Part shown: piece after piece, positions 38,103 through 47,505 of the stretch
Numbering within the stretch: the first letter of the stretch is position 1
Layout of the letters: each line of letters starts with the position of its first letter
Assembly (NCBI GenBank): GCA_016744455.1
Contig: JADGEI010000013.1
Coordinates: 27,809 to 91,808 of the forward strand
Direction of reading: 5' to 3'
Origin: Alcanivoracaceae bacterium
GTDB lineage: Bacteria > Pseudomonadota > Gammaproteobacteria > Xanthomonadales > Marinicellaceae
DNA: 64,000 bases
Translations under genes and position numbers: made by a program
The notes under the pieces: model-generated
What the model was told of the DNA's origin: nothing
The model's database searches: none
Seen by the model: the letters and a program-made list of their open reading frames with translations, nothing else

Positions 38103-40373
38103 ATGAAAAAAATAAAATTTATAGGTTTAATAATTTTATTTAGTATTAGTATAGGAGTTGTTAACGCTAAGAATGAGACTTGGCTTCGGTTGGAGCACCC
38201 GAACACTCAGTTGTTAAATGATTTACCTAAAAGTGCGGTCAACTATGGTAATTTTGTCTGGGTAAATGAGTCTCAAATTAGTTTCCAACATCGTGAATAT
38301 GCCCAAAATGAAGTGGTATTTTCTAACCCGTATAATTTAATTGTAGGTGATCAATCTTTTGATCCTGTTGATGAGACGCTAGAAGATACGTTGTGGTTTA
38401 ATGATTTATCATCAAATGAAAAAGGTTTCTATATAGTCCAATTTGTAGGTCCAATGAAACCTGAATGGTTAGACCAACTTAAACAACTGGGTATAAAACC
38501 TTTAAAAGCAATGGCACCATTTTCTTACATTGTTTGGGCAAATGCACAAATGATAGAACAAAGTCAGAATTTGACTACTGTACGTTGGGGAGGTTACTTC
38601 TATTCCGCTTTTCGTGTGCAATCAGCTAATAGAAATTTATCACCTGATATTACTCCTACAATGGCACTTATTTACCATGAAGACCAAGAAGTGACACTTA
38701 ATGCTATGAAAAATATTGGTGCATACGCAATTACTGTACAAAAAATTGACAGTAATTTTGACGCAGTTACATTTAAAATGGCTGGAAATCTCTATTCTGA
38801 ATTATCGCGTCTTTCAGGATTATTAACTGTACAACAAATACCTCAGGATGCAGGTAGCAGAGGAGAGATGAGTCAGCAATCAATTGTGGGAAATTATGAC
38901 ATGAACAACACCATTTTTCCGGGTTATCAATCGTGGTTAGACGCTGCTGGATTGGATGGAACAGGTGTTACAGTTGGCGTGGTTGACGGTGGTATTTTTG
39001 AAAATCACCCTGATTTAACTGATAATATGATTGCCTGTACAGGTCTTGGCCCAAGTTGCGGGAATTCTACAGATAGTCATGGAACACATGTTGCTGGTGC
39101 AATAGCAGGCTCTGCAGCTTCTGGAACTACAGATTCTAATGGTTTTCTACGTGGTCAAGGTGTTGCTCCAGGTACTTCTATTGTTGAACAACTATATAGC
39201 CCTCTTTTAGGTGGTGGCCCAGGTGGGATGGTTGCTGGTGGTATGTTATCAATCTACAAAGATTCATCAGTTAGTGGTGCGATGTTAACCAATAACTCTT
39301 GGGGGCCAACAGGAACTCCACAAGGGTATGATATTCCAACTATGGAAATTGATATGATCAGTCGTGATGCAGATCCAGATACAATTGGGGCACAACCAGT
39401 TCTTGCAGTTTGGTCCATTATGAATGGTAATGGAGACAGTGGTGGAAACTGTAGCCCAAGTTCACTAGGGTCTCCTGATGAAGCTAAAAATTTATTTGCT
39501 GTTGGTTCTACCAAAATGCAAACAGGCAGCGGTAATCAAATCGCAGAAATTTTCGATGTTTCTGCAAATAGTGCACATGGACCAGCTTGCGATGGCAGGC
39601 AAGTGCCACATATAGTGGCTCCAGGCTGTTCTACAGATTCACCTGATAGCGCAACTGGTTATGGATTTAAATGTGGGACGTCAATGGCTTCTCCGGTTAT
39701 TTCAGGATCTGTGTCGCTATTTTGGCAATGGTATAAGAGTACATTTTTGATTGATCCAAGCCCAGCTATGGTAAAAGCAACATTTACGGCGGTAGCAAAA
39801 AACTTGAGTGGTTTTGAAGATGCTGATGGTGGGATTATGGGAAATGCACCTGATAGAAAGCAAGGTTGGGGGCGTGTTGATCTTGATAGTGTGATTAATC
39901 CTGATACTAACGTTTTGTTTTATGATCAACAATTTATTATGACTGCAACAGGTCAACAATGGAGTCAAGAGTTTGAAGCTGATAATGCTACCAAGCCCGT
40001 ACGGCTAATGTTGGTGTGGACCGATGCGCCAGGTGCGGGGTTAGGTGGTACAACGCCTGCATGGATAAATGATCTTGATTTATCTCTGGCAACAATGGCT
40101 GATACTTATTTGGGTAATGTATTTGGTGTAGATGGTTTCTCAGCATCAGGAGGAGTAGTTGATAGCATGAACAATATGGAAGGGTTGTTTGTTAAAGCAA
40201 ACCAACATAACGGAAATAGCTTCACTGTTTCTGTGTTGGCAGCAAATATTGCTGCAGATGCTTTGAATCCACATATTCCAGGTACACCTGCTCAAGATTT
40301 TGCCTTAGTCTGTTATAATTGTAAAGAATATGTAGATGTCGGCTTAATATATAAAGATAGTTTTGAAAATTGA
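38103..40373 (+). CDS. Secreted S8 subtilisin-family serine protease; ends in ...KDSFEN
   Basis: Start taken at MKKIKFIGLIILFSISIGVVNA (the listed ORF starts at an upstream TTG, 38082). Catalytic triad motifs VGVVDGG, HGTHVAG, GTSMASP. N-terminal propeptide-like region and a C-terminal beta domain (LVWTDAPG...NDLDLSL...NNMEG). Confidence 0.85.
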   Translation: MKKIKFIGLIILFSISIGVVNAKNETWLRLEHPNTQLLNDLPKSAVNYGNFVWVNESQISFQHREYAQNEVVFSNPYNLIVGDQSFDPVDETLEDTLWFNDLSSNEKGFYIVQFVGPMKPEWLDQLKQLGIKPLKAMAPFSYIVWANAQMIEQSQNLTTVRWGGYFYSAFRVQSANRNLSPDITPTMALIYHEDQEVTLNAMKNIGAYAITVQKIDSNFDAVTFKMAGNLYSELSRLSGLLTVQQIPQDAGSRGEMSQQSIVGNYDMNNTIFPGYQSWLDAAGLDGTGVTVGVVDGGIFENHPDLTDNMIACTGLGPSCGNSTDSHGTHVAGAIAGSAASGTTDSNGFLRGQGVAPGTSIVEQLYSPLLGGGPGGMVAGGMLSIYKDSSVSGAMLTNNSWGPTGTPQGYDIPTMEIDMISRDADPDTIGAQPVLAVWSIMNGNGDSGGNCSPSSLGSPDEAKNLFAVGSTKMQTGSGNQIAEIFDVSANSAHGPACDGRQVPHIVAPGCSTDSPDSATGYGFKCGTSMASPVISGSVSLFWQWYKSTFLIDPSPAMVKATFTAVAKNLSGFEDADGGIMGNAPDRKQGWGRVDLDSVINPDTNVLFYDQQFIMTATGQQWSQEFEADNATKPVRLMLVWTDAPGAGLGGTTPAWINDLDLSLATMADTYLGNVFGVDGFSASGGVVDSMNNMEGLFVKANQHNGNSFTVSVLAANIAADALNPHIPGTPAQDFALVCYNCKEYVDVGLIYKDSFEN

Positions 40374-40477
40374 ATGTTAGATGACATTAGCCTGTTTTTT
40401 TAAATACAACTCTTAAAAAGTTAGAGTAAATTTAGATTGGTAGGTGTGTTTATTATCTCTCTTTTTCAACAAAAGAA

Positions 40478-40512
40478 AGATTTGGATGCTAATGTAATAA
40501 AAATCCAAATCT
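40478..40512. terminator. Hairpin between convergent genes (possible terminator)
   Basis: 10-bp perfect stem AGATTTGGAT / ATCCAAATCT with a 15-nt loop. There is no strong T-run, so function is uncertain. Confidence 0.35.
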
Positions 40513-40565
40513 ATCTTGTGTTGTAAAGCATTGGTTACTGCTCGTTTTCACCCGATCAATGACTC

Positions 40566-41660
40566 TTAAAATATCAGTAATGTAACCCTCTCTGCTACTA
40601 TGACTGTACTATTGGTTTCAATATTATACATGCGACATATGGTAACCTGTGTGCCAGCACCACCACCTTGAGTACCTTTGTTGCAAGCACCTGCTATGGG
40701 TGTGGAGCCATTAAATTCTACTGTAGTTTGGTAATATAAATCATCATAATCAAAAGGCAAGTTAACACTGCAGCTTCCGAAGAACACTCCATTCGAAACA
40801 GTTATTTCTGAATTGTTTATATTATTAAAATATTTTTGTCTTACGGTACCTGCATTTCCACATGAAAACTCGATTCCTGCTTTGGCAAAACCATAACTGT
40901 CCATTTGAGTATGTTTTGCATTTTTTTGTACCAATAAATCATCTGTTATTGTTGTTGTATTATTTAATTCTACTTCTCCCGAAACGTAAAGTCCATTACT
41001 TGGGGGAGGTGCAACATTGACATTTGATCCCACAGAAACACCACCGTTGCTAGCTACTTGAAGTTTTGGCTGGCCATTGATATTTGTGGAAAATGGTGCA
41101 GTACCTGCTGGAGATGATATAGCAAGTGAAAAAGCAGTAGATGATCCGCCGCCAATCCCAATATGGTCATCATAGAAAGCACCATTACTATCACTTTGCC
41201 AAACAGTACTTGTATCATCATTTCCAGCAGTCCATTCTGAGCCATTGAACTTTAAGACTTGACCAGTTAAGGCGCCATTAGCCGCTAAAAAATCTGCCTG
41301 TATTGCATAAGGTGTGGCATTGATACGTTGTTTTGGGAATAAAGCAGTGTAACTTCCTGTCGTGCTTCCTTCCCTTACTTGAATTTTTAAGAAAACATCG
41401 TCTCCCATAAAGGTTGCATCACCAAAATCTAATTCTACAGTGAAAATACCTTTAGTCACTTCTATGTCTTCAAGAATAATTGCTGAGCCTATGATTCCGC
41501 CACCTGTTTCTTGTGACCATGCTTCAAACTTTAAATCATAGATGCCATTGACTGGTGTGTCGTTTAACTCTAACTTGCCTTGGTAACTAAAACGAGATCC
41601 AACCGGGCTGGAATTAACAGTCATAGATAAAAATGTGCTTAGTAATAGTATAAATTTCAT
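40566..41660 (-). CDS. Secreted protein of unknown function with a tail-fibre-like N-terminal domain
   Basis: Signal peptide MKFILLLSTFLSMTVNS. FSYQGKLELNDTPVNGIYDLKFEAW ... PKQRINATPYAIQA is a pattern I associate with tail-fibre-like surface proteins. AGGAG RBS 10 nt after the upstream stop. Confidence 0.55.
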   Translation of the reverse strand: MKFILLLSTFLSMTVNSSPVGSRFSYQGKLELNDTPVNGIYDLKFEAWSQETGGGIIGSAIILEDIEVTKGIFTVELDFGDATFMGDDVFLKIQVREGSTTGSYTALFPKQRINATPYAIQADFLAANGALTGQVLKFNGSEWTAGNDDTSTVWQSDSNGAFYDDHIGIGGGSSTAFSLAISSPAGTAPFSTNINGQPKLQVASNGGVSVGSNVNVAPPPSNGLYVSGEVELNNTTTITDDLLVQKNAKHTQMDSYGFAKAGIEFSCGNAGTVRQKYFNNINNSEITVSNGVFFGSCSVNLPFDYDDLYYQTTVEFNGSTPIAGACNKGTQGGGAGTQVTICRMYNIETNSTVIVAERVTLLIF

Positions 41661-41670
41661 GTACTTCTCC

Positions 41671-41955
41671 TTATTGTTCGAAACTATTTTTAAAAATCAA
41701 TTCTTGACTAGTGGAAGGTGTATGCCAGAAACCAGAGTTTATTGTGTAGTCACCACCTATTGATTTTGCCGTTACAACTTGTGCAATACTACCATTAATT
41801 TTATAGTTTCCACTTGTGCTCTTTCCACCTCCATTAGCTACACTATATTCTGAGATAGTGTATGCATTTCCTGCATAGGATGTTTGATAGAATAGACTTA
41901 TCATTATTACCATTAGTGTTTCTGAACAAATAAAATTTGATTTTTTCCAATGCAT
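41671..41955 (-). CDS. 94-aa secreted miniprotein; ends in ...FKNSFEQ
   Basis: Hydrophobic N-terminus (LMVIMISLFYQTSYAG). The mature part has two NY-x-I-N-(G)S repeats ending in SGFW, then the shared C-terminal motif. It is the first gene of a two-gene operon. Confidence 0.55.
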   Translation of the reverse strand: MHWKKSNFICSETLMVIMISLFYQTSYAGNAYTISEYSVANGGGKSTSGNYKINGSIAQVVTAKSIGGDYTINSGFWHTPSTSQELIFKNSFEQ

Positions 41956-42073
41956 TAAATTCTCTACTGCTATAAAGTGCTCACAGTGTATAAAATTAAA
42001 ATTGACATTGCATGAAACTTACAAGACAATTATCAGACATTATTAAGACAAGAAACAATGTGTAATTTTATCT

Positions 42074-44431
42074 ATGCAAAATAATAAGAAATCGACAATT
42101 TATTCATTTGATGGTTATCAAGTCTTCCCTTTACAAAGAGAAGTGTATAAAAAGGGTGAAATTGATAAAATTACTATTAGTAAAAAAAGTTTTGATTTAT
42201 TAATGTTATTAATCAAAAGAAATGGGCATGTCGTAACAAAACAAGAAATGATAAAATCTGTGTGGCCTAATCAAATTGTTACTGATGCCGCATTAAGTAA
42301 GCAAATAACACGTTTACGAAATGATTTATTCAACGGAAATTCAGGTAATCAGGCACTTATTGAAACTGTTCGTGGTGTGGGTGTAAGGTTGGTTCCAGTC
42401 GTTCAAGAAAGCACGCCAAAGAAAAACTCAAAATTTACCAGCAACTTTTTTAAATTTTGTATACTTATTGGATTGATACTCATTGCTATGGTTTTATATA
42501 AGTATTCAAATCAAAAAAAATCAAGTGAAGATTTTACCTCTAATCAAAAAACTTTGGCTTTAAAAAAGCCTGTTAACCTGGCATTGGTTTCAAATAACAA
42601 CTCAGAAAATTGGTTAACTATTGGCGGGGTAAATTATATTCTTGAACGACTGCAAAATCATTCAGAAATAAATACATTACCTCCAAATTCAAAATGGTTT
42701 GAAAATCAAAACCAAAACCATAAAACAGTTGCAATTCAAATGTCAAAATTTGATGGAATAGATTATGTGTTAGAAATTGAAAACTTTAAAAAAGGCAGTA
42801 GTTATTTTGTTGATATAATTTTAAGGCAGCATGATGGTTTGCTAGCAAAAAAAACTATTCATGCAAAAAGCCTATCTGTTATATTTGACAAAATTGATGA
42901 TTGGGTCACCAAGGAAATTAATATAAAGTCTCAATTAAAAGAGGGGGGATTTTCAAATTATCAGACGACAGACTATGTGCTTGAGACCTATTTAAGAGGG
43001 AAGGAAGTTGCCATCCATGAAAGTTTTGCAAAGGCTTCACAATTTTATCAAACTGCGACAAATCAAGACAAGAGATTTTTACCTGGGTGGATTGGATTAG
43101 CAGAAGTTGAAGCAAAAGTGGGGAACTATAAAAAAGCCTTAGCATTATTACAAATCATAGAATCTTCAAGTAATTTTGATCACAATAGCAAAGATGATAT
43201 GTTGGTATTGAAAGCAAAGTATTTGGTAGGGTTAAATCAACTAGAAGAAGCAGGATTTTTACTTGATAACGTTATGAATAACTCAACGCCAATCTCTAGT
43301 TATTCTGCATTAATAGATGCTATTACTATAAAAATACAAATTCATTTTAACACGGGGAAAATTGGCGAGCAAACTGTCAAACTATTAGACAAACAAAGTA
43401 TGTTGCTCAAAAAACATAAACCAGATCCTTATCTCATAGCACTATCAAAATATAATTTAGCAGGTGTGTATCATCAATTAGGGAGAATTGATGAGGCGAT
43501 TGAGGCAATAAAGGCATGCATAAAAATTTATACAAAAACCAATAACTCTCGTGGAATTGTTGTAAGCAATAGTTTGTTAGCTCGAATTTACAAAGATAAT
43601 GGAGAATCTGGAAAAGCATTGTTGATTTTAGAGAACTTAGATGGTCTCTTTGAGGAAATTGATGGCATCAGTGAACAACAAATTTATCTTCAATACAAAA
43701 CAGAAAACCAGATATATTATGGATTGAAGGAAGAAGCTATTGAAACAATAAACAAAATAAAGGCATTAGACCTTGAAAGCGAAAGCTTAGAGTTGAAAAT
43801 AGTAGCTCTGAGTTTAAGTTTTGAATTGAATCAAATTCATAAAAATTATCAACAGTCAAAGGTAAATATTGATCAAATGAAGGTGCTTATTGAAAATGAG
43901 CAAAATGATTACCCTCCTATTTATAATGATTTAATACTGACCTACGATATGTTTATTGCAGCATTAACTGAAAAGCCGGAAATGGCTAAACTAGTAATGA
44001 AACAAAATTTAGAATCTAATCCAAATATATCTTCGTTATTTGAAAAAGAAGTCAGGATGATTAATGCAATAATTTTGGTCAAGGAAAACAAGAAAATTTT
44101 AGCGTTAGAAATCTATAAAAACTTATTAAATGAATACATAAATACGCATAAAATCCAAGATGCTTTATATTACGCAGGTTACCCAATGTTGGATTTGTTA
44201 TGGGAAAGTAATAAAACCGAATATTCTCAAACAATGAACTACCTGTCTGAAATTGCTACTTTTAGCTATCCAATTAATAAATACAAAGCTCAATATTTGG
44301 CCTTTAAAATGGATTATGTAAATGCATACTTGATGATGGTTGATTTAAAAAGCAAAGCCAATCAATTTTGGACTGCTTCAGATCAGTTGTTATTGGAGCA
44401 TTATCAGCAAAAATCTATAGTTGATGATTAG
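42074..44431 (+). CDS. ToxR/CadC-like membrane-anchored transcriptional regulator (OmpR-type winged helix, TM segment, large TPR-like periplasmic domain)
   Basis: N-terminal trans_reg_C pattern (FDLLMLLIKRNGHVVTKQEMIKSVWPNQIVTDAALSKQITRLRNDL...IETVRGVGVRL), TM FFKFCILIGLILIAMVLY, then about 640 aa helical repeat region. Confidence 0.75.
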   Translation: MQNNKKSTIYSFDGYQVFPLQREVYKKGEIDKITISKKSFDLLMLLIKRNGHVVTKQEMIKSVWPNQIVTDAALSKQITRLRNDLFNGNSGNQALIETVRGVGVRLVPVVQESTPKKNSKFTSNFFKFCILIGLILIAMVLYKYSNQKKSSEDFTSNQKTLALKKPVNLALVSNNNSENWLTIGGVNYILERLQNHSEINTLPPNSKWFENQNQNHKTVAIQMSKFDGIDYVLEIENFKKGSSYFVDIILRQHDGLLAKKTIHAKSLSVIFDKIDDWVTKEINIKSQLKEGGFSNYQTTDYVLETYLRGKEVAIHESFAKASQFYQTATNQDKRFLPGWIGLAEVEAKVGNYKKALALLQIIESSSNFDHNSKDDMLVLKAKYLVGLNQLEEAGFLLDNVMNNSTPISSYSALIDAITIKIQIHFNTGKIGEQTVKLLDKQSMLLKKHKPDPYLIALSKYNLAGVYHQLGRIDEAIEAIKACIKIYTKTNNSRGIVVSNSLLARIYKDNGESGKALLILENLDGLFEEIDGISEQQIYLQYKTENQIYYGLKEEAIETINKIKALDLESESLELKIVALSLSFELNQIHKNYQQSKVNIDQMKVLIENEQNDYPPIYNDLILTYDMFIAALTEKPEMAKLVMKQNLESNPNISSLFEKEVRMINAIILVKENKKILALEIYKNLLNEYINTHKIQDALYYAGYPMLDLLWESNKTEYSQTMNYLSEIATFSYPINKYKAQYLAFKMDYVNAYLMMVDLKSKANQFWTASDQLLLEHYQQKSIVDD

Positions 44432-44510
44432 ATCGATAAATAAATGAACTGCAAATGCTAATTGCTCTCATACCAGGCAGTGTCTTTTTTAATACCGGTT
44501 CATTAAGCAA

Positions 44511-44534
44511 AAAAGGCTTCCGAAGAAGCCTTTT
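44511..44534. terminator. Bidirectional terminator between the regulator (+) and the 983-aa gene (-)
   Basis: AAAAGGCTTC-cgaa-GAAGCCTTTT, a perfect 10-bp stem flanked by A/T. Confidence 0.75.
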
Positions 44535-44553
44535 AATCCAATTAATAAATGTT

Positions 44554-47505
44554 TTACTCAAAGCTATTTTTAAATACAATATCTGCAGCTAAGCACATTC
44601 CAAATAAACCAGAATTGGAAATAATAATATCATCAACTTTCCAATCTCCACCACCAACTGAGGCATCTGATCCTGATCTCCATCGTACTTGTACAAGTTG
44701 AGAATCATAAGCAGCTAATGGGACTGTTACTTCTGTGTAAGTCGCAAGTGTTCCTGTCCATGCAGGTCTTCCAGAAATTGGATTAGGACTTGATTGAAGT
44801 GATCCATTATAATTACCATTGGTCATTAATGGGCCTAAATCTATCCAGTTTAATCCATTGTCTATACTTATTTCAAGTACACCACCATCCCATGTATTTT
44901 CGAATGCAAATTTGTGATGAAAACTAAGTACTGTTGTCGCAGTTGGAGAGAACTGTCTTGTAATAACAGATTTATCTGTCGTGTGATCAACATCTGTTGA
45001 GACAAAAGCATTTGTTGTACCTGTAGTGTTATCATCACCTGATTCAATGCGCCAGATTCCAGTTTCTACGATAGATTCTATATGTGACCAGCCATTGGCT
45101 ACAGCAGCAGCAGTATCGGCATAACCATCGAGGTTTTCATCAAAAGGTAATAAGGTTAATGGTCCAGTTGGGAAAACAGAAGTAATTACAGTGTTATTAT
45201 CTGATAGATTGTTGTCTAAATCCTCAGATCTGACTATATAATAATAGTCGGTATCAGACTGTAAAAGTCCATCGGTGTCATTATAAGAAAGAGAGTTAAC
45301 ACCACTAATGATAAGAGTACTCGGATCTGGAGTAAAGGCACTATTGGTAGAACGGTAAACTGAATACCTTATATCACCAGCACCATTTGGACACTGTGAA
45401 GAGGCACTTGGCCAATTAACAGTTAAAGAACAACTTGCATTTGCATCATTGGTTGCAGAAGCCACTCCGCTGAAAGTAGGTGCAAGTGTACACAATCCTG
45501 TTGCTGTTGCAGAGACTTCATTTGAGTCAGTTGTTAGGCAAGAACCACCATCAGAAGCTTTAACAATATAGTAATAGGTGGTACCATCGGATACTGTTGG
45601 GTCATCATAAGTATAACTACCTGATCCACCTACACCCATAGATGTATCACTTACAACTGCAATTTGCGTATAGCCAGTTCCCATTGTTGTTGATCGGTAG
45701 ACTTTGTATTCTGTAATTTCAGCAGTAGTTGAATCATTCCAACTGACTTGAATATTGTTATCTACATTTGCGACAGCTCCAGTTACATTGATAACATCAA
45801 GAGATAACAAACAACCACATTGTTCAAACTTGAAAGACCCTACGCGAGTATTCCAATTTGATGTGGGGTTATATTGAGCGGTATACCAAAATGTACATTC
45901 ATCCACAGGGTCAACGTTTAATGACGTATAGTCGCCGTATCGGCTTGAACTATTTGATGCACTGCCTTCAATAATGGAATTTTCACCTCTTGGCATGGTG
46001 CCTGGAGGGTCATCTTTTAATCGCCCTGCATATCTCATACCAGCATAGATAGACGAACTTGATGTGTTGTAACCTAGTGCAATATTTCCATCGCCATCCA
46101 TCGCTGCTGATGCCATCCAACGGTGCACACCATCGTTTAATGTATATGTTCCTTCATCTTTCAATGTCCATCCTCCATTAGTCGTTGCAGCGGCTCTTTC
46201 TAGTTGCCACCATCTAACACCATGATAATCATTGCCATCAACATCTGTTACCATATTGCCCACAAGATATTGTTTGTTATCAATAGTTCTGTGTTGGACG
46301 CGCCACATCAATGGTTGTTTGAGTGGAAATAAATTAGTGGCACCATCTGGTTGTGGTACCGACAAGTCACCAAATCCTGTGCCACCTAAATGCGTATCAA
46401 ATTCACTGGTTTCAATGTTGATTGGACCTGTTATGGCACTGTTTGATGGAGTATCAAAGTCAGTTGAAAATTCCCAAATTTCTAATACATCAGGTAATGC
46501 CCCACTATCATGGTAATCACCATCTCTATGGCGCATAAATATACCAGGTGAACCTGAAGGAGGTAGCGTTTCACCATCCGCATCTGCTGGCATCATGTGT
46601 TGAAAACCAAATCCAGGTAATCCTACTGTTGTAAATACTTGATAACCACGAGCAGTTGCACCATTTAACATGTTAGTTCTGTCAAAAGCATATTGTCTAT
46701 TTGATTCATTAGCCCCAACATAATAAGCATCTTGCCAAACACCAAATTTTGGATAGTCTGGTAATCCGCCCGTGGCTGAAGTAAATTCATAGATATACCA
46801 TGTGCTACTTGTTGTTCCTAAAGGGTCGCTTGTTTTAGAAATGTAAACACAAAAGGATGTGCTTGTAAACTCGGTTAGAACCCAACGCCCTTTTGGCTGC
46901 CCTGCGCCGTTATCTGCAAATTGGTCAAATAAAACCACCGGGTCTCCTCTACCACCTCCACAGCCTGTCCCAGAACCACTGGCTATGGTGTCCATAACAA
47001 ATTGACTTGCTATTGAACCGTCGGATTTATTTAGTATGATCACTCCAGAACTGCTGCTGTTATTGATTGACTGAATATAATAATCATTACCAACATCACC
47101 ATTGGTGTCTGAAGGATTGACTCCAGAAAAACCAAGCCCATCAACATTAACAATAGTATCATCAAATGCACTTACTGCTAGAGTTGATGCTGAATCTATT
47201 TGTTTTTGAGCTAATGGATCAAACCCAAAACCCCTATCAGCTGCTTCTGGTCTTACCCAATCTTTCGGGCGATTAAATCTGAAAGGTATTTCTTTTATAG
47301 GGTCGCCGGGTTGCCATACCTTTGGTGCTGAAAATGTTCTTAAGTTTACTGTGACTGTTGCGGGTATAACTTCTTCACCAACAAAGTCAGCTCCTACCCG
47401 CGTAATGGGCTCTGCATTTAATAATGACGTTGCCATTACTGATGCTGTAAGTATTAATTTTTTATATTTCAATGTATGCCTCTCTCTATAGTTTTTCAAT
47501 TTCAA
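44554..47505 (-). CDS. 983-aa secreted multidomain protein (unassigned N-terminal about 560-aa domain, 2 FN3-like domains, MAM/jelly-roll-like domain); ends in ...FKNSFE
   Basis: Signal peptide KKLILTASVMATSLLNA. FN3-like segments (VSWNDSTTAEITEYKVYRS...TTYYYIVKA; YSVYRSTNSAFTP...TDYYYIVRS). The C-terminal domain VRWRSGSDASVGGGDWKVDD resembles the C-terminal domain of the M14 enzyme. Confidence 0.7.
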   Translation of the reverse strand: MKLKNYRERHTLKYKKLILTASVMATSLLNAEPITRVGADFVGEEVIPATVTVNLRTFSAPKVWQPGDPIKEIPFRFNRPKDWVRPEAADRGFGFDPLAQKQIDSASTLAVSAFDDTIVNVDGLGFSGVNPSDTNGDVGNDYYIQSINNSSSSGVIILNKSDGSIASQFVMDTIASGSGTGCGGGRGDPVVLFDQFADNGAGQPKGRWVLTEFTSTSFCVYISKTSDPLGTTSSTWYIYEFTSATGGLPDYPKFGVWQDAYYVGANESNRQYAFDRTNMLNGATARGYQVFTTVGLPGFGFQHMMPADADGETLPPSGSPGIFMRHRDGDYHDSGALPDVLEIWEFSTDFDTPSNSAITGPINIETSEFDTHLGGTGFGDLSVPQPDGATNLFPLKQPLMWRVQHRTIDNKQYLVGNMVTDVDGNDYHGVRWWQLERAAATTNGGWTLKDEGTYTLNDGVHRWMASAAMDGDGNIALGYNTSSSSIYAGMRYAGRLKDDPPGTMPRGENSIIEGSASNSSSRYGDYTSLNVDPVDECTFWYTAQYNPTSNWNTRVGSFKFEQCGCLLSLDVINVTGAVANVDNNIQVSWNDSTTAEITEYKVYRSTTMGTGYTQIAVVSDTSMGVGGSGSYTYDDPTVSDGTTYYYIVKASDGGSCLTTDSNEVSATATGLCTLAPTFSGVASATNDANASCSLTVNWPSASSQCPNGAGDIRYSVYRSTNSAFTPDPSTLIISGVNSLSYNDTDGLLQSDTDYYYIVRSEDLDNNLSDNNTVITSVFPTGPLTLLPFDENLDGYADTAAAVANGWSHIESIVETGIWRIESGDDNTTGTTNAFVSTDVDHTTDKSVITRQFSPTATTVLSFHHKFAFENTWDGGVLEISIDNGLNWIDLGPLMTNGNYNGSLQSSPNPISGRPAWTGTLATYTEVTVPLAAYDSQLVQVRWRSGSDASVGGGDWKVDDIIISNSGLFGMCLAADIVFKNSFE

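Noticed and set aside
40566-41660. Treating the ...VTLLIF C-terminus of the 364-aa protein as an OMP beta-signal, making it an outer-membrane barrel
   Set aside because: A terminal Phe alone is insufficient. The protein lacks the alternating amphipathic beta-strand pattern through its length and looks like a soluble or fibre-type beta-sandwich protein.
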